Counted from the stretch's first letter, positions 31,514-63,416 are shown. The stretch: 64,000 nucleotides of DNA from Salpingoeca rosetta (GCA_033442325.1 JAWQFM010000002.1:1207473-1271472); one strand, 5' to 3'. Translations and numbers: made by a program. The notes: generated by a model not told the origin, from the sequence alone.

Positions 31514-31821
31514 CATGCCATGTTGCAGGAGGCATGGGGAGCGGCACCACCGCCACGACACTGGACGTCTGCGTGGCCGAGATGAACATGAGTGTGCGGG
31601 CCACGCTCTCCGCGCTTGTTCCCCCTGCTTCTCCGCCTTTGCAAGGTTCTGTGCTTTCCCCGACAAGCACAGCGTATTCGCGCCGCGAGCGCCCGTCCAC
31701 TGCGGGCACAACGACTTCCACCCCTTCCTCGTCACGCTCCATCACGCCCCTGCTTGATCGTGAGGATCGCGGCGTGTCTGATGACGACCGCCTGTACATG
31801 GCCACCGCCCTCCAGTACTGA
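29324..31821 (+). CDS. Unknown Ser/Thr/Pro-rich protein (~690 aa); exons 29324-29751 and 30183-31821
   Basis: accATG start and a phase-2 intron (GTGAGT..TTAG) that joins ORFs 29192..29755 and 30115..31821 in frame. Mostly disordered, with a helical island (EEAVDTIVDTFRDRLLERINGDPAFRAHMLAVIGY) and poly-Q. Confidence 0.75.
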
Positions 31822-32284
31822 TCCAATGCGTGATGGCTTCTTCATGTGTGTGTGTGTTTGTGTTTGTGTGTTTATTTGTGTGGTTCTGATTGACTGTGCT
31901 ATTTGAATGCGCTGGCCGCACCTACATATCCTGTGTTACTCCTTACATGTTTTGACCTGAGTGAGCACTTGTTGTTAGTTACGCTTGTGAGTGAGTGAGT
32001 GTGTGTGTGTTCGCCACGTGTGCGCGCAGTGTTCACTCTCTTCTTAGCTGTGCCCGTTGACATTTCGGTCTTGTTGTGATATGTGGTGGCAGACACACGC
32101 ACCGCTTCGCATTGTTTGTTGCGTCCATTGTATGTGACCTTGTGTTCTTTGAAGAGGACGACGATGAGTGAGTCAGTTCGATGACATGACATTACAACAG
32201 TCTTTAGCTGCATGAGGCACAGAAACGAACCAAAGCAAACACCCAGACACAGGGAGTGCGAGGGGTTGTGAGTGAAGGAGCGAG

Positions 32285-32438
32285 TAAGTGAGTGCGTGAG
32301 TGAGTGAGTGAGTGTGAGTGAGTGTGAGTGAGTGAGTGAGTGAAGGAGCGAGTAAGTGAGTGAGTGAGTGAGTGAGTGAGTGAGTGAGTGAGTGAGTGAG
32401 TGAGTGAAGATGCACACACACACACACACACAGAAGAT

Positions 32439-32513
<75 letters not shown>
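32285..32513. repeat. (GAGT)n followed by (AC)n tracts upstream of TSR1
   Basis: Directly visible. The complementary (ACTC)n occurs at ~13397-13505. Confidence 0.9.
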
Positions 32514-32516
<3 letters not shown>

Positions 32517-32581
32517 CATCGCGCAAGGAAGGACCGCCCGTACGATAAGTTGTGTAAGTTATTTGCCAATTTTCGGCAATC

Positions 32582-32587
32582 CACGTG
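32582..32587. promoter_or_regulatory. E-box CACGTG upstream of TSR1 (CACGCG also at 32627-32632)
   Basis: About 100 nt upstream of the TSR1 ATG. The motif is common in this CA/TG-rich DNA, so support is weak. Confidence 0.3.
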
Positions 32588-32688
32588 CACCGCAGCGACA
32601 ACAACCAACAACAGCGACAACAGCGGCACGCGGTCACACCTGCCCCACCACCAGCTCCACCGGCCCATCGCCGCGCTTCCCCCCAGCC

Positions 32689-35172
32689 ATGTCGCATCGC
32701 CATGAGGCTGGTCCGCTGAAGCAGCAGAACAAGTCGCACAAGACAAGGTTCCGAACAAAAGGCCAACGATTGGACCGCCTGGCCGGGCGAACAATTGCCA
32801 CGGCAGCTTCGCGCAAGAAGAAGGCCGCAGATTCAAAGGCCGCACGCAAGCTCAAGCAGACGCAGGCCCGTGCTGCGAAGCGCGACGCCGCCATGCAGGC
32901 CAAGCGCCGCATCGGCACCACAAACGCCCCGCCATACTTTGTCCTGCTTGTGCACCTGCAAGAGGACACCCAGGCCGCCATCAACCTGCGTGACCAGCTT
33001 GTGCAGGCCTCCGTGCCAAAGGGCGTGCACAACGGCGGCGGTGGCGCCAACGCAGACGGCACGTGGGTGCCGGATGCGCTGGACGTGTCCTTCTTCTCCA
33101 CACGCCTGAAGAAGAAGATGAGCATCGCCGTTGCCTCAGCCAACGTCCTGGCGACGCTGGAGCTGACCAAGGTCGCCGACACCGTCGTGTTTGTGGGCAA
33201 GGCATACGAGGAGGTGGCCGAGGACCGGCAGCTCCTGATCAACTGCCTCTGTGCACAGGGCGTCCCCACCACCGTGCACGTGCTCACGGATCTGGAAGAG
33301 CTGCCTCAGAAGAAACGCTCCGACGTCAAGCGCACGTTTGCCAAGGAGGCCACAGACCTGTTGCCGGACACCACCGTGCAGTTTATCGAGAAGCCATCAG
33401 ACTACCAGACCTGCCTCTGGGGCATCGCCAACAAGAAGCGCAGGACGGTGCACTGGCGCGAGGCGCGCACCCACGTCATGGCCGAGCGAGTCAGCTACGA
33501 TGCGGCAAACCGGGAGTTGCGTGTCACAGGCTACGTGCGCGGGCCGTCCCTCAACGTCAACGCGCTTGTCTACCTTCCTGGCCTGGGCGCACGCCAGATG
33601 TCGCGTGTGCTGCAGGCAACAGAGCCCATCCCGTCGTCCCACAAGAGCAAGAAGTCGAACCAGGCGTCCATGGATGCGACCGCAGAGGCCGGCAGTGACG
33701 ATGCCACCGTGCTTGCCGCGCCAACCCCTGAATTCCAGCACACGCTCCAATCGGAGGTGGAGGTTGATCCCCTCGATGCCGAACAGACCTTCCCCACCGA
33801 GGAAGAGCTCGCACAAGCAGACAGCGTCCAACACCGCGCCATGGTACGGGCGTTTGTATGTCTGTGTGTCTGTATGTCTGTGTGTCTGTGTGTCTGTGTG
33901 TCTGTGTGTGTCTGTGTGGGGGTGGGGGTGGGTGTGTGGGTGGGCGTGTGGGTGGGTGTCTGTGTGTGTCTGTGTGTCTGTGTCTGTGTGTGTGTCTGTC
34001 TGTGTGCACAGTTCAAGTGCCACACTCGCCTTGCATGTGGTGACCTCGAATCACTGCCGTGAGCTTACTCGCTTATTCCCACGGTCTGCTCTCCTGTGAT
34101 GGTTGTGGTGTGTAGACTGTACAGACGCGTAAGGTGCGCGTGCCAAAGGGGTTTTCAGACTATCAGGCATCTTGGCTCATTGGCGACGACGATGACGAGG
34201 ACGACGATGCCGGCGACAACGACACGTCCATGGTGGGTGTCGGCATGTGATGCTGCGAATGCTCACGCCCTTCGGCGAGTGGTTGTTGTTGCTCGTGTGT
34301 CAGAATGAACTTCTGCGTGTATGCTGTCAACTGTATTTTGTGTGATGTTAGCTGATATGATCTTTTTGACCCCCCCCCCCACACTCACACGCACACACAC
34401 ACACTCATACACTGTCTCTCCTCTCTCCTTACACGTGTGGCCCGTGTGTGCGTGCTCTCCTCCTAGGCCATGGATGACGAGGACGAAGACGAGATGAACG
34501 CGGTGCATAAGGACATCTGGGAGGCGGTGAAGGGCGCAAAGTACGTCGGTGGCGCCGATGGCAGTGACGCAGACTCTGTAAACATGGAGGTGAGCCCTGC
34601 ACACGACGCGCGCGACGTTCCGTGTCCTTCGCAATTCTTATTGTTTGTTTCGTGTCTCGTCGTTCCTCTTGTGCTCCATGGGGAAGCAAATACACCCTGG
34701 CAGCGCGCACACTCACGCATACACATCTGCATGCATGTTCACTCACCCACACCCACACACACACTCAATCACCCACACACACTCACTCGCTCACACACAC
34801 ACACACACACACTCACTCACTCACTCACTCGCTCACACACACACACACACTCACGCTCTCACTCACTATCTCACTCACTATCTCACTCACTATCTTACCC
34901 ACCCGATCCTGTGGCTGTTCCCCGCACCAGCGCGGACCGATTGCCGATGAGGACGACGATGATGACGATCTGGAGGAGCGGGAGTACATTGTTGACCCGC
35001 AGGAGCGAGCAAAGGCATACGACGCAACCATGGATATGACCGAAGAAGAGAAGGAGCTCAAGGTCCGTTGTGGGTGTCTACGTTTTGCTGGCTGTGGTTT
35101 GAAAGAACGAGAGGAAGGGTGCGTTTTGGACCACAGCGTCATGGGTGACGTGCCCCCTTCCCTGCCTCACAG

Positions 35173-35255
<83 letters not shown>

Positions 35256-35533
35256 ACACCGTGCTTGGTTTCTGTTGTGGCAGAAATTGCGCGCGGCGAC
35301 AGAGGACTTTGAGTTTCCAGACGAGATTGACACGCCTGCGGACCAGCCCGCGCGCGTGCGCTTTGCCAAGTACCGTGGCCTGCAGAGTTTCCGCCACACC
35401 CCCTGGGACCCTCGTGAGGACCTTCCGCCCCAATACGCGCGCATCTTCAAGTTTAAGAACTTTGATCACACTCGCCGACGCGCCATCAAGGACCTGGCAA
35501 CGCAGGACAGCGACGAGGAGGTGTGTGTGTGTG

Positions 35534-35589
<56 letters not shown>

Positions 35590-37315
35590 GTCCTGCGCTT
35601 TGGTTGCTCTGTCTGCCCGCGGCTTCTCTCTGTTTTCGTTGCTGGGTGTGACTTGAGCGCTGGTTTCAGCACGCCTCCTTCATTTTCTTATGGCTCAACC
35701 TTGTGCACCGCCACCCACCCGCTGTAGCTGCAACCGTTTCTTGTGGGCGAGGGCACGTACGTAACCGTGTGCATTGCGGATGTGCCTGAGGATTACCCGC
35801 AGTCCGTGGACATCAACATGCCGCTTGTGCTGTGGGTGCTCATGGAGCACGAGAACAAGATGTCTGTCGTCCATTTCCTCATCAAGATGCACCCCACATA
35901 CAACGAACCCATCAAGTGAGCCGCGCCTACTGCACTTGTTTGTTGCTCCTGTGTACGTGCACTTGGCCATTTGCCGTTTTGCCTTCGTTTGCCTTTGTTT
36001 GTCATTGCTTGCCTTTGCTTGCATTGTTCTGCTCACGAGAAACCATATCTCCTCACGTCCGCCCCGACCACGTTCTCCTGCCCCATCCAATCACCCTGGA
36101 CGCGTTTTTCCTCACCCTTGTACGTGTCTTCCCCTCTCTCCACCCAACAAACACCACCCATTCCCAGGTCGAAGGAGCGGCTTGTGTTCCAGACGGGCAC
36201 GCGCCGGTTCTATGCAGAGCCAATCTTCTCCTCCAACTCCAACGGAAACAAGCACAAGTTTGAGCGCTTCCTGCAGCCTGGCGCGTCTGCTGTCGCCACA
36301 GTTATTGCCCCCGTCGTCTATCCACCCATGCCCGTCCTCTGCTTCAAGTCAGTTCCCAACCACGCGAGGAGTGCGGCACACACGCACTCTTGCACGAAGC
36401 TGGCGCGTGATGCGTGCTTGGGATTGGATTTGAAGGGAAGAGTTCATGGTGTGTTGTGGCCTGTGGCCTGTGCGGGCTGTGGTTGCCCAAGACAAAGCTG
36501 CTGTGCAGCACACGCTTGTGCGTTTGCCATTGCTGTGTGGCTGCCGGTGTAACGTGTGACTGATAGCTCATGGTGCTTGTTTTTTGTTTTTGTCTTTGAT
36601 GCGCACGGTTTTGCAGGGAAATGGAGGATGGCAGCCAGCTGCTGGTCGCGAGCGGCGCTGTTGTGAACGTGAACCCGGACCGCATTGTTGTCAAGCGCAT
36701 TCGCCTGTCCGGATATCCGTTTAAGATCAACAAGCGCTCTGCCGTGATTCGGCACATGTTCTTCAACTGCGATGACATCCACTGGTTCAGGCCCGTCGAG
36801 CTCACCACCAAGCTTGGCCGTCGCGGTCACATCAAGGTGTGCACATCGTCTGTGTATCGTGTCTGTGTATGGGGGGGTCTGTGTGTATCGTGTGTGTGTG
36901 TGTGTGTGTGTATCTGTGTGCATGTAATATCTATCCTTCTGTCCATCATCGACCCATCCTTCCGCCTGTCCATCTTGTTTGTCCGTCTGTCCGTTCATCG
37001 ACGCGTGCGTTGCTCCAAATCACCGCCTCTCCTTCCTCACCGTCTCCCGTCCCTGGCTTCTCCCCGCACTCTGCGTGTTTCATGTAGGAGAGCTTGGGTA
37101 CGCATGGGCACATGAAGTGCGTGTTTGACCAGCAGCTCAAGGCGCACGACACAGTGTTGTTGAACCTGTACAAGCGTGTGTATCCAAAGTGGAAGTACGA
37201 GGAAGCAAAGGCGCAGGCCACAGACGTGCTCACGCTTGCGCCGCTCGCTGGCGGCGAGGAAGAGGGAGAACCAGAGGAGCAGGAGCAAGAAGACAACGAT
37301 GACATGATGGAGTGA
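32689..37315 (+). CDS. TSR1: Pre-rRNA processing protein TSR1 (40S assembly factor), multi-exon
   Basis: N-terminus [18 protein letters not shown]; [15 protein letters not shown]; [26 protein letters not shown]; [25 protein letters not shown]; [36 protein letters not shown]. Confidence 0.97.
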
Positions 37316-37872
37316 TGATCCGTGCCATCCCACACGACCAGCCAGACGACTATATTGCCAAGCAAGAGCACCTTGTACACTTGTGAACCGCCACCATCAC
37401 CACCACCAGCAGCAGCAGCACCACTACCAGCAGCAGTAGCAGCGGCAGCATGTCACATCAATCACATTTGTCACAACTCAAACAACCACCACAAACACAC
37501 GATCGCGCACCACAATAAAACAGTGCGACCTGATTGGCCAATTTGAATAATTTTTGTGTTGTGCCGGTTTTCCATTGTTGTTTTGGGCGGGTGGGTCGAA
37601 TACAGACGGAGACACTTGTGTTGTTGCGCTGCTTGCTGGTTGGCTGGGAAGCAAATACATAAGGCAAACGTGTGTGTGTTGTGAGTGTATCGCTCAGCCC
37701 TGACTTTACTCTCAACACACACGCACGCACAGCTTCTCTCTTTGTCTGAGTCTCACTTCTCGTCCTTCCAATCCCTTCATTCCAGGCACTCGAGAGCCAA
37801 CCCACAAAGGAAATAGCTGGAAACGTGGTGAGACGTGAGAGACGTGAAACTCCTCAACCCCGCAGCTCAGCA

Positions 37873-43177
<5,305 letters not shown>

Positions 43178-43522
43178 TCGACGCTTGTAGTTGTGTTCAT
43201 GTGTGTGTGTGTGTGAGTGTGTATGAGTGTGCATGTGTGTATATGTATGTGTTCAGTTCGTTTCATGTGCATGTGTGTGTGTGTGTCGGCTATCGCTGAT
43301 AATCATCGCAATTCCCAACCCCGTCTCTGTCTCTCCACCGCAACGCCCACCTGGTGTCTGCTGCGTTTTCTTCTGTTCTCAATCCAACACAACGCACTTT
43401 GGTCGTCTTCAATTACACAGCAGCAAAGCCATACACCATTGCAAATGCAACATGCTTGGTATTCACAAACAAACACACGCCCATCCGTGCTCATCCCATC
43501 AACAGCGCGTATCTGAGGGCAC

Positions 43523-44213
43523 CTAGTCATCTGCGGCACCGTCTGCCTTCCCTGCATGGTCACTGGCATCATTCGCATCACCGCTGCCATGAACAGCAGC
43601 ATCCGCACCATCAGCACTATCATCATCGTCGCCGTCGCCAGCCTGTTGTTGCCGTTGTTTCACAAAGGTTCCCTGCACGAACACGCGTGCCAAGTCTACG
43701 CCCTCTTTCTTGTTGATGGTTCGGCGGCTCACGTACGCAAGGTCGTCAGCCTGGCCAGGCCGTGGTGGTGATGATAGTTCGATGGTGACAGAGGTGGCAA
43801 TGCGGAGAGATGAGATTCGACATCATGCACGAACACACAGTGTGCGCGTGCAGGCATTCATGTGTGTATGTGCACACACAGACGCACAAACCTCGGTTCT
43901 CACCTGAACTCATCATACACAGACGCACCCACACACAACACTTGAGCTCACATACATGCACAACACTTGAGCACACACACACACACATACACACACACAT
44001 ACATGCACACGTACACGAATGTGCAAAGCGTGCTCACCTCCAGCCCAAATTCCTTGAAGAGTGCCCGCGTTTGCTCTGAAGACAAGCAAACACACCAAAC
44101 ACACACATCGCGAGGGTGAATGGCTGTGCGTACCAACCAAATAGTGTGAAGACGGCGACATGGCAGGGTCGCATCGACCCTACGCAGCATGAGACACAAA
44201 GAGAGAGAGAGAG

Positions 44214-44253
<40 letters not shown>

Positions 44254-46084
44254 CGTCGAGATAGGACCGACCGAGCTCAAAGTAGAATGCGCGCGTGCCG
44301 TCCTGCCTGTAATACAGCTGCGGTGCGAGCTTGTGTCCCTTCTGTTGCCGTTGGTGTTTTTGGAGCAGAGAGGTGTACTTGATGAGCAGGAATGAAACAT
44401 TAACAGCAATCATGACACCAACAGCATCAATATGGATGCATACGACGCTCGAAAGAAGAAGGAAGGGAAAAGAGCGTTTGCTTTTGCTTGTGCGGTGTTA
44501 AAAGCAGTGGCGCAGGCGCAATGGAAGTAAACGCTTGGCACGGCACAGTGAACCGTTGTGTACAAAAGACGCCATGTCGCACATGCTAATAGGTATGCGA
44601 TTGTGCGGCCATGGTTCATCACCTTAAAGCGCAGCATGGCGTGGTCATATATGCCGTAGTCACGAAAGCACACGGCCCCGCCAGCCTTCAACACCTGCGC
44701 GCACCATGCCAAGATAGAGCGTTGAAAGACGAGGGGAGCATGTGTGAGCAAGCAGGGATGGGTGAGGATGATTAAGGCGCGTGTGTATGATAAAGGGGTT
44801 GAGGATGTGCAAGAAGAAGAGCGCGGGTGAAATGAAGGGTGTGAGTCCATCCTCAACACAGCAGACTCATGTCTGCTCAGAAGAGGACACGATGCAGACA
44901 AAGCACAATGCAGGTGCCGTCGAAGAAAAGACCAACATCATCAACAACAGCTGCAGCTGCAGCAAGAGCAGCAGCACGTGTTGGTGTCGCCACTACCTTG
45001 ACGACGTTTGCCAGGAGCAGGCGCATCTCGTCGATGGACATGGCAGAGAGGACAAACAGCGCCGTGATTGTGTCGCAGCTCTCTGGTTCCATGTGCTCCA
45101 AGACGTCATCGCGGGTGAGATCGCATTGAAACGCGTGGCAGTCCTCCTCAGTGAACTCCTCATGGCCCTACACCACAGAGGACAACATCAGGCATGCGCC
45201 AATTTGAAAAACGGCAGTGATGGTGTTGGGGAAAAGGAGCTCAAGTGTTGTGTGGTTCGTGGTGCGGGCCAAATGATGAATAGGCTGAAGACGTGCTTGC
45301 ATGTGCGCACGAAGATCTACATATCCGCGCACACACACATGCACACGCTTGTACATACACACTTGCACACACACACACACAAGCACACGCATACACACGC
45401 ATGCACACACACACCCACTTGCGCACATAGGCACATACAAGCGCACCTTGACAAAGTTAACGGCCCGTGGGGAGAGGTCGCAGGCGTGGACAAACAAGCG
45501 GGGGTTCTCCTTGCGCAGAGGGAACACGGTATTGCCGACCCCGCAGCCAATCTCCAGGTGCACGGGACGCTCACCTTGTGGGTTGGTTTCCTGCATCAAG
45601 ACGGGGAATTCCCGCGTCAGCCAGTGCCTGTCCTTGAAGAAGTTGACTGTGTTTCGCTTGTAGAACAGATCCCAGTGCCGCTTTGCCTCCTTGGCAAACT
45701 TTACAGACAGATATGGCCTGAATGTGCATGCACGTGAGTGTAAGTGTGTGTGTGTGTGTGTGTGTGCATGAGAGCGTGCGGGTGTTGTGTAAACCAGGTG
45801 TTGAGGGTGTGTCTTGTGAATGAACACGCGTTCTGAAGAAGGCGTTACGCGCACAGTGTTCCTGCTCGAAACACCCACTCCGTTGTCTCCTCTCACACAC
45901 ACACGCATACACACACACATACACACGCACACTCTCTCTGTGTTTTCACTGTGGCTCACCGTGCGCATGGTTCTGTTTCGACGCGCTGCTTCACCTCCTG
46001 GTTCAAGTCCACAATCTCCGTGGACCGCACAATCAGCTCTCCACCAGCACCCTCTGCTGTGGTTGTGCTGTCGTCGCTCATCAT
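43523..46084 (-). CDS. METTL6: tRNA N3-methylcytidine methyltransferase METTL6-like, multi-exon
   Basis: WDLFYKRNTVNFFKDRHWLTREF, LEIGCGVGNTVFPL, ACDLSPRAV, AFQCDLT, LFVLSA, FRDYGIYDHAMLRFK, YYRQDGTRAFYF and RTINKKEG..RVFVQ are METTL6-type signatures. Confidence 0.93.
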
Positions 46085-46306
46085 CGTGTGTCAGTCCGCC
46101 CGCGGTGATTCGTCGCTCTCGACAGCATGAAATGTAGCGATGCGTCATCAAGCAAGATGGTGGGGCATACACACAAACAAAAGGCAAAAAGGAAGCGAAG
46201 CAGCTCCAAGCAAGCAACAAGCAAGACATTCTCAACATCGACGACACACCACCACCACCACTTGTTTGTCTGTCTCTCAAAAGGACACACGTACACACGC
46301 ACAACC

Positions 46307-59309
<13,003 letters not shown>

Positions 59310-59323
59310 GCCATGCACACGTG

Positions 59324-59370
<47 letters not shown>

Positions 59371-59854
59371 CTGTGTGTTTGTATGTGTGTTTGTATGTGT
59401 GTGTATGTGTGTGTGTGTGTGTCGAAAACGAGCGATGTCGCAACTGTGTGCGAGAATGTGTTATTGTGGTTGTGCTGCACTGTGTGTAAGCTCGCTTGCT
59501 TGCTTTCATTTCCCTCTTTGATTGATTTGGTTCGCGCGTGTGTTTTGACCTGTACATAAGAGCTTTGAACGTCGTCCGTTTCTCCAACTATAAAAGGCAC
59601 GGTTAACTCCTCCTCCCCCTCCTTCCTTCCTTTTGCGTATCACGTCTCAAGCAGCGTCGCGCAGTCTCCTGTTTGCATGTGTGTGTGTGTGTGAAAGCGA
59701 GCGTGAGTGTGTGTGTGAGTGCATGGTCTGACAAACAAAGGAGACAACGCACGCACACGCACACGCACACGCACACGCACACGCACACGCACACGCACAC
59801 GCACACGCACACGCACACACACACACACATTGGAGCGCTCATGTTCCTCAAGTA

Positions 59855-62800
59855 TCAAAACCAAGCGCTTGCCGCCGTCACACACCTGTCTGGCCTGAGG
59901 TTTTGCTGCACGACAACGCGCGGCTCCAAGCAATACACGTTGTAGTTGGCCAGGAACAGCGGGCTGGAGAACGAATCGCTGATGCGGGCGCTGACGGGAA
60001 TGAGATCTTGGATCATTTCCATGGCCGTCTTCCTCTTCACCGCATACCCAACAGAGCCAACCTCGCACTGCATGTGTGTGCATGTGTGTGTGTGTGTATG
60101 TGCATGTGTGTGTGCATCAATGTGAGCATGGACTCTGCACAGGATCATGGCAAAGGAAAAACACGCGTTCATGCATCATTTGTATCACATCCATGTCGCA
60201 CCTCTCAAAAACACACGCACATAAAGACACACGCACCTCTGGCGTTGGCCTGAAGAACCAGTCAGACACCTTCTCCCCATGTGCACATGTGTCTGGATCG
60301 CACGCCAGGGAGATGAGGTCCCAGTCCTCCGGCGCCATCGCCAGCAGCTGCGACAGCGCGAGCGGCAAGTTGCCGTTGAAGCTTGCGTCGTCCTCGAAGA
60401 TAATGCCGGCCTCAAACGTCGTCTTGACAAGTTTCTCCATGAGCAGCAAGTGCGACAGCGCCTGCGCAACCGTGCCCAACCGCTCCCGTGGAACCACGTC
60501 TGCCAACGTGCGCATGTTGCGTGTGTGTGTGTGTGTGTGTATGTGTATGTATGTATGTGTGTGTGTATGTGTGTGTGTGATATGAACATAAATTTCACGC
60601 AAGGAAAATGCCGTGTGCATCGCATGTCACGGTGTGCTCGAAACAGGGCAGCGTGCAACTGCACCTGAGATGAGGCTGCGGTCGAGCAGGCGATCGTACG
60701 ACAGGTCGCGTCCATCTGTCGCCTCATACACGAAGAATGGCAGGCCAGCCTAAGAACACAGTGCACCAAGATGTGTGAGTTGGAACTGCATAAGGAGGAG
60801 ATACAGTGTCACCAGCAGCAGCTAATACACACAGCAGCCACACCCTGCACCTGCAATGCCAACCTCTCAACAAGCGCACACATTCACACAATCACACAAT
60901 CACACATTCACACATTCACACACCGCGCTGGCGACTGCAGCAAAGCGAGCGAGCCTGTCGTGGCTGGAGGGGAGGTTGATCACAGCCACGGGCATGGTGA
61001 GAGCACCAAATGCATATGCAGATTCCTCGAGTGTTGCATTGCCAAGACGACGACCACCACCACCGGCATTGTATTGGGGCGTCTCATGCTCCATCGCTGG
61101 CTCATCGCGTGGTGCGCTTGCGTGGTGCGGGTGTGCGTGCACAGGCTGTGCTGGCAGTGGCGACGGCTCTGGTGACGCAGCAACAGAGGAAGAAGCACCG
61201 GCCCACCGACTGCTGCTGCTTTCCACTGCTGTCGCTGTCGCTGTTGCTGTCGTGGGCATGCTGGCTGCTGGTGTGTGGAAGCGGGAGAATGACGCGGGAA
61301 TAGGACTGCTAGCAGCAGTGCTGTGCACCATGTGCGATGAAGACGCCGCGCTGCTGCTGCTGCTGCTGTGTCTGCTGCTGTGTGGCAGAGAATGGGAAAA
61401 TGTAGGTGGTGGTGACTGCACCGCAGACTGGTGCGAAGTGGTGCTCGTAGCGGATGGAGATGGCAAAGGAGAATGTGATGAGCCAGTGTTGTACTGCTGC
61501 TGTTGTTGCTGCTGCTGTTGTTGCTGTTGCTGCTGTTGCTGCTGTTGCTGCTGTTGCTGCTGAGGGTGGGACACATTGGAGATTGGGTGGAGGTCAAACT
61601 GTATATCCGAGTCGACGCCGCCGACAAAGGCGGGATTGGCGTTGTCCTCGGCAGCGATGAGGGGGAACGTGGCATACACGTGCTCCCACTGGCGCATCAG
61701 CTTCATCAGCATCACTCCAACAGGCTGTGCACATACAAATGTACGCAGGAGGGAAAAGGGGATGGGTGGGAGATTGAGTGGTGAGGATCATGCGTTGCAT
61801 TTGCCAGGCGTAGAAGTGCAGCATGACATGATGCAACACAACAGAAGAGACCACAACACAGCGCAAAACAACACTACACGACACAACACAACACAACACA
61901 GCACAACACAGCATGACACAGCACAGGCAAGGAGTCTCACTTGAACAAAGCCGTGTTGCTTGACAAAGGCAACGAGGTCCCTTGCGCCCTTGCTGGAGAG
62001 GATGTAGGCGACTGGCTTGTAATGGAATGCCTTTGTGGGCTCGTCCTTCTTGCCTGGCTCGATGCTCGGGTCAAAGTCGTGTGTAAAGTAGGTGTTGGGG
62101 AGGTGTTCACAGAAGTATGGCGAGACGCGCTTCACCACGTCGCCGGAGAGATACGCGTCCCTGTTGCTCTCCAGCAGGCCGCCAAGGAAGATGACCTGGG
62201 CGTCGAGCGGGAATGCGTGGTGCATCTTGCTGTTCCATCGCTCAACCATGCCGGGCGTGAACACAACGTCATCCTCGAGAATGAGGTGGAACTCATCCCT
62301 GGACTCTGCAATGTGTCGCCAGATGAGATAGTGGCTCAAGGCCTGCCCAACAAGGCCACGCCGCCACTTGAACTTGTTGTTGGCAAACAGCCGCTGCAGG
62401 TGGCTGTCCCACGTGAGCTCGCGCCCGTCAAAGGCCGTGACGAGGTGGTAGTCGCCAGTCTCAAACGGAGATGCGTTGAGGAAGCGAGCGAGCCGGTCAC
62501 GGCGCCGCGGAAGGTTGATCACATAGATACCATCAATACCTTCCAAGGCCATGCGCTCCCCAGTGTACTCCAGATACTTTGAGCTACCTACAAACGTGTG
62601 TGTGTGCATGTGTGTTGTGTGTATGTGCATGTGTGTTGTGTGTATGTGCATGTGTGTGTGTGCATGTGTGTGTGTGTGCATGTGTGTTGTGTGTGTGTGT
62701 GTGTGTGCATGTGTGTGGCCGTGCGAATGAGTGTTGTGTTTCGTGAGCGATGAACGGACAAGAAGAATGTGACCGCCAGCTGTGACTGCTGCAGAGGGCG

Positions 62801-63416
62801 GTGTGGAATACACGGTTATGCGCGTGCCGTGCTACTCACGAGGATGCCAGCTGCGTTGACAGAGGAGGTTCAGGACAGTGTCCCAGCATTCGCCCAGGCA
62901 CTCGTGCATTTCCTCGTGCTGCTGCAAGCAAGCGCATTGCTGCAAGGACCCTTGGTTCCCTCGTGTCACGCATTTCAAGAAGCCTTCGTTCCGCGTCGCG
63001 CACTGCGACACGAGGTTGATCAGGTCCTTTCGCACACACGGGCTCTGGCTCAACGCCTGCGGCAAGCAAGCAGTACATCAAGCAGTGCATCAAGCAGTAC
63101 ATCAAGCAGTGCATCAAGCAGTGCATCAAGCAGTGCGGCAAGCAGTGCACGGTGCAGTGACAAGTTTGGTTTGAAGGAAGGGAGAGACAGAGACGTCCAT
63201 GCGGAAGACATGACGTCAGTGCATAGAAAAGAGAAACGATGGTCGCTCGAGCTGTATCTCTGCGCATGCACGCAAGCGTGTACGCACCCACTCATTCACA
63301 CTTACCCCATGTCGTTCCACGTCGCTGTCCAGTGTCACTGCTGCCGCCACTGAACCACAACCAATCACAACAACCACAACAACACACAACACAACAACAC
63401 ACACCGCTGCCGTCAT
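59855..63416 (-). CDS. Secretory-pathway glycosyltransferase with two GT25-like domains
   Basis: Exon 1 is a hydrophobic anchor (MTAAVCVVVLCVVVVVVIG), followed by a Cys-rich exon. Domain 1 reads IYVINLPRRRDRL..AFDGR..GLVGQALSHYLIW..LILEDDV..AYILS..GA..DSDIQ. After a poly-Q/Ser linker, domain 2 reads VAVINLPSSHDRL..ATDGR..GTVAQALSH..IIFEDDA..DWDLISL..VGYAV. Confidence 0.85.
63063..63150. repeat. 12-nt minisatellite (CAAGCAGTRCAT)n in GT25 intron 1
   Basis: About 6-7 copies, directly visible. Confidence 0.85.

Noticed and set aside
34245-34360. Possible intronic snoRNA in TSR1 (GTGATGC...CTGA)
   Set aside because: Box C lacks the essential terminal GA and no rRNA-complementary guide was recognised.
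63050-63295. ORF with repeated LLDALLDV (LxxLL-like) motifs
   Set aside because: It is the translation of a 12-nt minisatellite inside GT25 intron 1; the flanking exons join in phase without it.
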